Shown here piece after piece: positions 51,601 to 64,000 of a stretch of 64,000 bases of DNA. Position numbers and translations under genes: made by a program. The stretch's first letter is position 1. Each line of letters starts with the position of its first letter. The notes under the pieces were generated by a model that worked only from the letters and a program-made list of their open reading frames with translations, was not told where the DNA came from and made no database searches. Source of the DNA: Paragordius varius (taxonomy: Eukaryota > Animalia > Nematomorpha); NCBI GenBank assembly GCA_964247055.1, contig OZ176052.1, forward strand, positions 9,176,001 to 9,240,000. The letters run 5' to 3'.

Positions 51601-52576
51601 TTTTTAATTTTTCTGTATCAAAAAGTTTTATGTAATTGATTTTTTATATTTAATTCGAATTGATCTTCGATCAAAAATGAGTTTTTTTGATTATTAGTCT
51701 AAATTTTAAATCATTTATCCATTGTTTTATTCCAGTCAAATGTTTAAACATTTAATCTAAATACAGATAAGGTGAGAAAATATATCCATTTTTAAAACTA
51801 AGTTATATATTAATCCCTAAATTCATTAGTTTTAAACAAAAATAATCATTGTATAAATTAAGAATGGGAATTTACACATAAAAATGCGTCACTCTCCGGA
51901 TGATAGTTTAACTTCGGCAGCTTGGCATCAAGATGGAAAACGATTTGCTACTGGTGGGACTCGGGGCCAATTTTACCTTTGTGTAAGTGATTTTAATTTA
52001 TCTTACTCTTTTTTATGATATATAAAAATAATCCGATATATATGTAATTATTTTTTAAAATTTATATACCCTTATTTTAGTATACCAAAAAAGAGAAATT
52101 TTACCATAAAATTTAAAACATAGTATTATGTTTACATGTAATTAAGCCAGCAGTGTTTTTCTGCCTACTGTATATCGATATTTTATTATTCACATTATAT
52201 ATGAATATTTATATTTTTTTTAATTATATGTGAAAAACAAATATGGTCAACATTTTTGTTGCGATTAAACATTATATTTTGAATAGTAATTTCTATTATA
52301 TAACATCCATTGTTATATAGCTTCATAAATTTATTAGGATATTGATGGGAATATCTTGGAATCATGGGAAGGCGTTCGCATTCAATGCATGTGGGCTCTG
52401 CATGATAACAAGACCATTTTGGCTTCTGATACGCATCACCGTTTACGATCATACAATTTCGACGATCTCAAAGATAAAACAATGTTAGTTTATGGCAATA
52501 ATTATTCGTTATTTAGAATAAAACGATTGTTTCATAAATTTTGTTAAGGTTGACTTTCTTCCAAAGTTTATGTTTA

Positions 52577-52614
<38 letters not shown>

Positions 52615-54010
52615 ACTCTTTTTACTATACTAATTTATAATGAATTTTTTATTTTTTTCTTTTAGTATACAAGAAGATCATGCAATAATGTCATTCATTT
52701 GCAGTGATGACGATCGACTTGCTTTGCTCAATGTAGCTAATCAGGTATGATATGTTTTCTCTATCATAAATTTATGGTAAATATGGGATACTTTTAACCT
52801 AACAAAATTAAAACCAGAAGGAATATAAGTTTTATTAAACTTTTGTCTTATTATAATTTACAGGGTGTACACATGTGGGATTTGGAGGATAAAATTTTGA
52901 TTAAAAAGTTTCAAGGTCTTACACAAGGGTTTTATACCATACATTCTTGCTTTGGTGGAGCTAACAAGGATTTCATAGCCAGTGGAAGTGAGGGTACATT
53001 TTTTAATATTTTATTTTGAATTTTTACTATTAAATTTAAAATTATTAATATCATATCCAGGTTTTTCCACACCGTATCTTTTTCATTTTTATATTCATTA
53101 AATATTTTTTTTGAAAAAATAATAAATATAATATCTGTTAAGCAATCAATGATTTTATTTTTCACAAGCAAAGCACGGTTTCTTAATAATTAACATTGGA
53201 TTTAATTAATATACACTGCTAGTTTTTCATTTAGGTTTACAGTTGACATTTACAGTAAATAACAATATTATTGACTTAACTTTGTTGCTAAAAATATGTA
53301 TTTTATTCCCTTTTTCTTCCGTTGGCTAATAGAATTGATTTTTACTATAATCATATAGCCAAACTTAATTAATAATTAGCCATGTTTAGGTTTTCTAATT
53401 AAAATTCATTTTAATCATTTGTATATCAGATAACAAAGTTTACCTTTGGCATGTGAGTAAACCCAAACCCATAGCTTGTTTGGGTGGACATACACGGACA
53501 GTTAATGCCGTAAGTTGGAATCCAGTTTTACCGACCATGATTGCCAGTGCATCTGATGATTCTACTATACGGATTTGGGGTCCAGCGCCCTCTTATCGAG
53601 TTTTTAACAAGAAAAATGGCGGCGAATACACTAATAATGGGCTTATAAGCAGCACACTTAATCAATCCAATGGTAATTTCATAAAAACTCAACAACGACC
53701 GGCTGGTACCAATTTTAAAGCAGGAGGGAATGTTACTTTAAATGATAGTAGAAGAAGGAATAATAATAATAATAAGAATCAAAGTACATCCCTTTTCCCA
53801 TTTTTCTTGCCACACTGTCGAAATGTCGTTTGTAATGACCCTAATATGGGAATTTCTACAAATCTACCGTTAGGTTCTTCATCTGCGATTTTGACTCCTA
53901 GTACAATAACGAATTGCGACAATATTACAATCCCTGCTTCATCAACAAACATTTTGTCTGCCACCACAATATCATTGAATTCTACACAGCCACCATTATC
54001 TTCTAGCTAG
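40950..54010 (+). CDS. WDR26: WD repeat-containing protein 26 (CTLH/GID E3 ligase subunit GID7), 17 coding exons; start codon unresolved
   Basis: Exons ~40950-42115, 43097-43196, 46580-46642, 47009-47151, 48076-48173, 48706-48940, 49343-49587, 49915-49983, 50077-50229, 50457-50571, 50890-51028, 51446-51586, 51863-51982, 52338-52483, 52666-52744, 52864-52993 and 53430-54010, all phase-compatible. Lis[64 protein letters not shown]40 repeats through [14 protein letters not shown]. Confidence 0.95.
46020..46046. repeat. (TA)n microsatellite; others at 18765-18786, 47995-48021, 48654-48680 and 52581-52611, all intronic
   Basis: Direct inspection. Confidence 0.95.
46150..46380. mobile_element. Degenerate hAT/Charlie-like MITE related to 10588-10804, in WDR26 intron 2
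   Basis: Shares AATGGCTTCAC..GC and AAAAAATAT..GCATTAA blocks and ends TTGGACACCCCTG; no TSD found. Confidence 0.6.
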
Positions 54011-55199
54011 CTACCTACCTACTTTCTTTTTATTTTTACTGTAAAAGTAAGTAATAAGCTTGTGAAATGATATTAACGCTTTTATAAGTGTTCATATCTA
54101 TCTTTTGATTAAGTAGTTTGATTGATATATGTCAATGTTGTTTTTTGTTTATTTTTAATCTTTGTGACTTATAAGCTTACGTTTTCTTATGCGTTTTAAG
54201 CGTATATATATATTTATTAATATATATCATTTTAATTTATAATTTATACTCGATTAATTTTGTATATTTAGGCTCAATTATTATCCCAAAAACATTTCAA
54301 CTGAATTTACATTTGGGATTGAAGAAAGAAACACCTTTTTGCAGTCGCAACTAATTACGTAACCCACTTCATGCATTGTTATTATAATCAATCGCAATTT
54401 ACCTGAATAGCATAAATTATTATTGTATTATTACATTGTAAGTCTGTTTATTACATACGCTTGATCACTTAAAAATGATGAAAAAATGTAAAATAATGTT
54501 ATGCGCACCATATAATAAAACACATGAATATAGCTTTGTAAACGTCGAATATGTGAATTATATCTTTTTTTCTTTAGCTAAAATTGTTTAAAGAAAGCTT
54601 ATTATAGCACACAAAAAAAACATAAATTAATTTCCGTTTTAATTGAACTCTTCATGTTTGCTAATTATTGGACATCACGCAAGGCTTTATCAAAAAAGGC
54701 CTAATTTCCACTTTTTTAATTATCAATACGATTGCTTGACTTAACATATACAAATTTTTGGTCAAAATCTTTTTTATAAATAATTTGATTGGTGGTGTTA
54801 GAATGAATCTAAATCATTATCTATCATAACAAAATAATTCTACATGTTATTATTATTGTTTATTATTATGGTTTATCAAATTAATAATTATATTAATATA
54901 TAAAATATTTTCTAGATAATTTATAATTTATTAATATTATTCAAATGCGATTTTGCCCTATTATTTTTTTGTCGATTCCCTGTTTATGATTATATTCATT
55001 AATATTATCATTGTCACATCAATACACAAACACATAATATTTGACTAAATTTAACATAAAATAAATGAATAGTTCATTTAAATTGCAAGCCATTTTTATT
55101 TTTAATTATGTAATAAGGCTATTTCAAACTTAAAACTTTTTGTAAATTAATGATACGTTTCGTTAGATAAATTTGACTGCCGAGTTAAGAAGATTTTTA

Positions 55200-55850
55200 T
55201 GGAGCGTTTGTACCTTTTATGAGAATTTAGCTATTAAAACGCAACAAAAAGTAAAAGTTATGAATAGGTAAACAGTTTCTTGAATATAGCCAGGGAAATA
55301 ACCCAAATAATAATTATAACATAATATACCAATTAGAATAAATCATGCTTTAGCGTTACTAAAATCGGGGCCTAGAAAATTAGAGGTTGCATGAAAAAAA
55401 TATTCTTCCCCGTGCTGATATCAAGAAAACATAACATTTTTCCGGTGCCCAATAAAAAAGAACCAAGGTTTTGATTCTGATACATTTTTAGCAATTTTCA
55501 TATTTCTAAAACTTTGCTTATAAGTTTGGAAGGGTTTTTTTCATTATTGCTGACAAGAGGTTATAAATGACTCCATGAATAGTTTAGTTAAAAGAAAATG
55601 TAAATGCTGATGTGGTTTAATTAAGATGCCAAGAACTATTTTTGCCGACTTACTTATTTTGCCATGACCAATTATACAGGAGATAAGGCCCAAAATAGGA
55701 AATCTCGATTGCTATAATGGGTTCTTTTTTAAAAAATAAATGGGCTTACTTGTTTCCTAACGTTAATCTTTATGGATTTTTTTAGTAAAAGGTGGGCCTG
55801 AATTTAGTAGTTAATTCAAAAAAGCGGCCAAATTGTAAATAATATTAGAT
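55200..55850 (+). repeat. Highly decayed relative of the 310-bp-subunit element
   Basis: GGTGGGCCTGAATT..TAATTCAAAAAAGCG resembles the terminal GGTGGGCCCGAA..TAATTCAAAAAAGGGCG block. Confidence 0.35.
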
Positions 55851-56505
55851 AGTGAAAGATGGCTAAAATGTCTTCTATTGTTCGTAATTAGCTAAAATGA
55901 AGAACATGCTTTTTGACAATAAAATAATAATGTTTAAATATTCATATTTATTTTTTATAGTGTATTTGGTCAAATTTTACAAAAAGCATAATTAATAAAT
56001 GGAGCTTTTTACAGATACAATTTTAATTATAATCATGCATGCATACATTGTAAATAATATTGTGTGTTTCTTTCATAACATAATCAACCATTCAAAAGTG
56101 TACTAAAACCCACATATCACGTGGAAACATATAATGCAACTATATTATTATTTTATATTATAAAATCATATATCTTCAAATATATAACAAATGCTTTGGA
56201 TATCGATTCAATATTTTTATATAAATAAAATTGGAAACATTTGTAGTGGTATGGTTTGTTTGTTGATATATGGTCTCTGATTCTTATATGCGCAATAATA
56301 AAAAGGTAATTGACTTTATTATTCGTTCGAACGGACAAATTGATTTAAAATAAATTGGGCAACGCCTGTAAATGTGAATTTTAATTTTTTCGTTTTATAC
56401 TTTTAGATATTGAATCACAATGTATATTGAATGTGATATGTTTTGATGCTCTATAATAGTAAGGCCAATGGCTGGATATCGTTTATTTAGATGCCAATTA
56501 ATAAT

Positions 56506-58619
<2,114 letters not shown>

Positions 58620-58729
58620 TTGAGTATGATAAAAGCGTATATGATATCACTAGAAATGAATGTTATGAGTGTAATAAATACATATGTTAAAACATCGAAA
58701 TGCACTTTCAGCTTCGCGAAATTAGTTTA

Positions 58730-59163
58730 CATTTTTATTGAAATTGGTGACTAGTGGCCCCAAATTAAATTAATATTATTTAAAACTACGGAAACTATCC
58801 CAATTCCGAAATAAATTTAGTTTAAACAATAGCTCCAATCAAACCACTTACGCCATTCTTATTTTATAACATATTTGCAAATATAACGCTTAAATAAATG
58901 TTAAATTTTATAAAATCACATCTAAGATAAAAAAAGCAAAAATGGATGTTTATGCATTTTTTCATATTTATTTAATTCACAGTCATGCTGGCTTACTGTT
59001 TACTTCGGGTTTATCCATATAATAAGTAATATCAAATTTTTTGAATGTATCTTTTTTTTATTTCAATCAATGTTATATAAGTGCAAACGTTTGCCATTGT
59101 TTCAATTTATTCCGTATTTTGAAATATTTGATAACAGGCCTGGGAATTTGTTGAATCCAAGGG
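58730..59163 (+). mobile_element. Decayed piggyBac-like MITE family A immediately upstream of PP2A-C
   Basis: Internal blocks ACGCCATT, ATAAGTAATATCAA, GTGCAAACGTTTGCCAT and AACAGGCCTGGG, ending GAATCCAAGGG-TTAA. Confidence 0.7.
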
Positions 59164-59283
59164 TTAAGAATTTTACTATAAAAAGGGCAGCACGGATAAA
59201 AGAACAGATATATAGTAAATTTTTTCAGTATACAATGTAATTAACTTATAAAGAAACCACATATTTCAACCAGCTTTTATTAA

Positions 59284-61190
59284 CACTTTATTATTTTTCA
59301 CTTATTTGTCCTAATTTACCTTTTGGGTTAGTTTTATATCCCAGAGTTTTGTGAATAAACTACAGTTTTGTTTATTTCAGTTAAATCTAATTATTCACTG
59401 TTCTTTTGTGATTTTTAGAGTCTAGAATTGGGACAACCTTAAAACACGATTGAAACGAACAACTGATAATAAAAACAAAATATATCAAGTTCAAAAATTA
59501 CAATTTCTTACCATATTATACATCTATTTGCCTATTGCATTATTAGCGAAAAATATGAAAAAAAATGGCGGCAAAAAAATTTGAGATGAAGATATTTTTA
59601 AAATTTTTTATATTAAAAATGTTTTCTGGTATAATGCGTCGAAAAGGCTATAGAAAACATATTTTTAAATTCGGCTTTTTAAAAAATTCGAAATGAAAAT
59701 CGCTCTGGGAGATAGAGCTACTTCAAAAAAAGTAATGAAAACAAAACCATTTTTTAAAAAATTTAATTTTATGTGGACTCCGAACAAATTTTTTACCCTT
59801 CCAATATGGGCTGTCTTAAAATAAACACAAAAACGCGAAAATTGAGCAAAAAAATTGTTAAAACTATATAATTTTTCACATAATTTAAAAAAATGCATAC
59901 TTTTTACAAAAATTGAATTTTTAGCAACATTTTGTTGAAGCGAACTTCATATTTTGAGGCGGTATAACGCTTTTGGATATTAAAAACACTTCTTCTATTT
60001 ATTTCGATGTTGCTGGACATATTCCTATTGCTTCAAAATTTTATTTTAATGGTATACTTTTTTGTTTATTTTTTGTAAATAAGACATAATATATTGAATA
60101 TATGTCAAGATATCAATATTCTGAGATGATTGCAATCTTGAGTCAACGAATTATAAAGAAAAAATCTAATAATATCTTAAAGCGTTTTTATACCTTTTCC
60201 ACCATGCATCAAAACAATATGAAGTACGCTTTTAAAAATATTAAAAATTAAGTTTTTGAAAAAAGTATGCCTTTGTAAAAAATATTTTTTTATTGATACA
60301 AAATTTAGGATATATTTCAATTTTATATCGCACACTGGCATATTTGCATTTGTTTTAAGAGAACATGCCCATTTTCGAGCAAAAAAATTTAGGACTTTCG
60401 GGGCCCACATCTAAAAATTATTGGAAATATTGTTTAGTTTGTGACATATGTTATTGATATTATTTGGATTAAACACTTTAGCTTTCGCTAAAAAAATTAT
60501 TCCAAAAAATGTGCGCAAATTTTGCCATTTTCTGATATGGATCTTTTACCACAAAAGTACAAATAACTTTCCTAAATCGCTCGGAAGATCCATAACCAAA
60601 AGTACCTAATTTTTAGTTTTTCTATCAGAATATATATTTTTCATTAGGTTATTTTCTACCTTCCGATTTTGAACGCAGTGCATATTGTATTCTTACCGCA
60701 AAGTCTCGCCATTTTTGCATTTATTTCAAAAATTTAGCTCTTTCATAGGCGGCAAAAATATGAAACTTATTTTTAATAAAAGAAATTGATTTTATCAATA
60801 TGGTATTATTAATGATTTTGAAAGGAAGCGTTTAGCTTTTAACGAAAAAGTTACATTTAGTACAATGTGCGCTATGCGATTTTCTATGTAATAAAAAGAG
60901 GTAATATTTTCTTATATCAATTGTAAGGGAAACCAAAAGCACTATGATAATCCTACAACTACATTTCTTTCAAAAATACAAAATTGTGAAAATTCAGCTC
61001 AACTTTAATCGCCATTTTTCGCTAAATCGCTAGAACAAACTGTCAGAAAATTTATAGATGAATGCTAAATCACTATAAAATGCTTTAATTAAAATAAATT
61101 TCTGTTAAATTTTGATTTAAGCTGTTTTAATCGGAATCAGCTAATTAAACTTAGACTCTTAAATGCAAAACGTTAAACTAATATCATTAT
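59284..61190. mobile_element. Family B element, second copy (right end degenerate)
   Basis: TTAA-CACTTTATT..TTTGTCC..TTTTGGG start. AGAGTCTA (~59418) pairs with TAGACTCT (~61155). Internal similarity to 13290-14160. Confidence 0.6.
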
Positions 61191-61612
61191 ACTAAAATAA
61201 TATGTTTGATGTGTTCCATAACAATATTTTTTTTACACATGATAAAGACCTTTAAACCAGTATCGAAAAAGTTAAAAAGGCGCAATAAAATAAATTAAAA
61301 AAAATTATAAATTAAAAACATCTTGATACACCTTGATAACACCGTTCCGGTTCTAACGGTTTCAGAACTCTTTTGAAAACTTTAATAAATTCTGTGCTTA
61401 GGATAGGTGTCATAAAGTAATATCCTAATTAAATAGAAATATTTTAATTACAAATGCATCGGAATTTTCAGTAAACTTTTGGTTTTGAAGCTTATAATCA
61501 TTACACTTGAATACGAATTATATTGACACCTTCCCGTTTTAAAAGTGTTTGCATATAACATTGATGTACCAAATAATAAAAATATTTTTCCAATATCTTA
61601 ATGTATTTTATT

Positions 61613-62720
61613 TTACGGTTGGATACAACTAGGGTTGTGCTGACTGACTATTTATTTTTTAACCATGGTTAAAAAAATAGCTGTTTTTAGAAAAATTGCT
61701 GGCAAATTTTTTTTGGAAAAATAGTAAAATATAAGTGTTTTTCAATATATTTTTTAAAATATAAATTAAATATTTAAATAAGCTTATTTAACAATATAAA
61801 TTACACGCATCGTTATAACATTAGCATTTAAGCATATCCAGTTACTTCGAAAAACAAAAGAATCAAGCACTTTGCAAAACATGCAATTATTCCATAACCA
61901 ATAACATGAGAAAGCATCTCATATTTGGATATTAATTCATTGATGAAAGAAAGTGTAAAATAAACTAGGTAAAATTTAATTTGAAATATCCAGTGTTAAA
62001 AGCTATGTATTTGAAGATTCAGAAGGCCACACAATTTGAAAACAATATTCTTGGTTTGATTGAAAATATTTGTAAATAATAAATATCAAAAAATAATAAA
62101 CTTTTAAGAAAAAACATGATATTATTAGTGAAACGCTAGTGTCGTAGGAACATTATTTCCACAATCCAATATCGCATGATATTTACTTAGGTAAAAAGTG
62201 GTCATGACCGTGGTCACCATGGTCTGACTGGGTCTGACCGGACTTTTTTGAAAAAGCATTCAAATGCACAACCCTAGATACAACACATTCATTTCAGTCC
62301 TTCGATTCAAATTGGGGTTTTTAGAACCCCAGGCCTGTTTAAAATCAAATATTTCTAAAAATATTAAAAATGACACCATTGCAAAAGTTTGTACTACTTA
62401 TATAACATTGATGCATCGAAATATAAACGATTAAATTAAAAAAACTTGAGATTATTTGAATAAACCTCATAAACTTTTAGTCATGACATTTATGCATTAG
62501 CTAAATATAAAGATAATACAATCCACCTTTTCTGTTTGTATCAATGTTAAATGTGATTATATAAAATTAGTTTTTCTTTTAGCAGCCTTAAATACACCTT
62601 GATATTTTGCAAAATGTTGTAAAATATGACGTTGAAGTAGTTTGAAATGGAATTCAAAAGTAAATTTTATTTAGATATTTTCGCTTATTGATATAATTTT
62701 TAATTAGGATAGTATAATTT
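61613..62720 (-). mobile_element. piggyBac-like MITE family A, interrupted in its terminal repeat by a hAT MITE and truncated distally
   Basis: TTGGATACAAC at ~61619 continues as GATACAACACATTCATTTCAGTCCTTCGATTCAAATTGGGG at 62277. Confidence 0.8.
61630..62276. mobile_element. hAT MITE, 647 bp, 11-bp TIR TAGGGTTGTGC, 8-bp TSD GATACAAC
   Basis: TSD at 61622-61629 and 62277-62284; perfect TIRs; clustered TGACC/GGTC subterminal motifs at ~62200-62242. Confidence 0.9.
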
Positions 62721-62869
62721 TAATAAATTACTAGCGTAAGTCTCGTGCTTCTACGCAGCCCGAGAAAGTCCTTCACACTTCTGGGGGGCTATTCGAAAAA
62801 GGGATTATCATTATCTAATAGCTATGATCTCATAGGAATTTCAAAACGGTGCATTCATAATATATTGTT

Positions 62870-63290
62870 TACTTGGGCGAAAAATAGATTCAAAAAATTA
62901 TATTTGTCGACTTAATTTTTTTTGAAAAAATTTTTACGGGGGGAGCGGGTAAAAAGAGGTCCTAAATTAAAAAAGCGAGCCGACTATGTTCGGCGCAATC
63001 AAAAATAAGTAAACAAAAATCATATTTGAAATGGAATGGTCTCACACGTTATCCGGAAAATTGTCTCAAATACACGATTTTTGTGGACTTGAGTTTTCAA
63101 AAAAACCCGTTTTTCACACGGGGTGGGCCCGAATTGGGGACCTATTTCAAAAAAAGGGCGAAGGTATTGTCGCAGCATACACTAATGATTATATTTTTTC
63201 GAAGTTTGGATTTGAATGGGTCTACGGTTTTCCGGTACCAGATCACAAGGCCAGCATTTTCCATTTTTATAAATATATAGATGACCATAA
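62870..63290 (+). repeat. Terminal block of the 310-bp-subunit element
   Basis: Matches ~1090-1490. Confidence 0.85.
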
Positions 63291-63519
63291 ATAATGTTTT
63301 ATTATCCATATATTTTTTAATATCCAATACAAATGATAGATAAATAAATAAATTAAACTAATACGATGTTATGTTTAAAATCAATAAAGTCTGAGTGATC
63401 ATTTGATTTCGTTTGAATATTGAGAAAAACAATTTTATTTGAAATGAGCATAATATATTTTTGATTTTATCAGCAATTTTGTTATGACGCACGAAGTTTT
63501 AAAATGACACATAGTCTCA

Positions 63520-64000
63520 TAAGTTTTCTTTAATTTGGCTCCAAAGGTATGCTGTATCGATATGATGGAGCAGTTGTAGGCGGGTAGCCCTACCCAGAGG
63601 CCAATATAAAAATGAAGTTAGATAAAAAAATTTGCCTTTACTGGAATCATCGTTCATTCCTTACAGTTTATGGAAGAATGGCTTCAAAACTAAATAATAA
63701 TTCAATGATAGCGCATTTTTTAGGGCGTAAAGGGCCTATTTAGGCTAATTTAAAAAATCCGCTCGATTGAAATTTTTGACTGTTTAGTGTAATGCTTTAA
63801 GCAGCTATTGAACTCTTATGGCCTGATAGTTTTTCTGAAATTTAGCCCCAAAAGCACGCTATTACGATGTGATGGGTCAGTTTTTCGCGGGTAGCTACTT
63901 ACTCAGCAGCTATCATCAAAGAAACGCTTGACTTAAATTTTTGCCTTTTAACAGGGAATATCTGGAATACTTATTGAATTTTTACGGTCTCATACCTTGG
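63520..64000 (+). repeat. 310-bp-subunit element, chimeric subunits, cut by the window end
   Basis: Matches in turn parts of the subunits anchored at 26934, 26610, 26295 and 25974. Confidence 0.8.

Noticed and set aside
62727-62765. TACTAGCGTAAGTCTCGTGCTTCTACGCAGCCCGAGA, reminiscent of Helitron-type termini
   Set aside because: Single short occurrence with no matching other end identified.

Overview
Very AT-rich (roughly 25% GC by eye) animal genomic DNA with spliceosomal GT-AG introns and many transposon relics. No prokaryotic features were seen. Genes reconstructed by hand: (1) an unknown N/S-rich protein with a hydrophobic C-terminus (5207-6094, +); (2) ELMOD, an ELMO-domain GAP (11482->7197, -); (3) an intron-containing histone H1 (18329-19240, +); (4) two copies of an orphan secreted glycoprotein gene inside an ~8.2 kb head-to-tail duplication (20208-36810); (5) WDR26/GID7 (~40950-54010, +, 17 exons); (6) the PP2A catalytic subunit (58619->56506, -). 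The most striking observation is that ELMOD and PP2A-C can only be read through if 21-26 nt GT-AG introns are spliced (21, 23, 23 and 26 nt). Further 21-32 nt candidates exist, while other introns in the same genes are 0.2-3.4 kb. Mobile DNA includes a TTAA-targeting piggyBac-like MITE family with nested insertions, hAT MITEs with 8-bp TSDs, a Mos1-like mariner relic, a 2.2 kb foldback palindrome and an unclassified element built of ~310-bp diverged subunits that are shuffled between copies. The species cannot be determined from the sequence. All alignments were done by eye, so identities are approximate.
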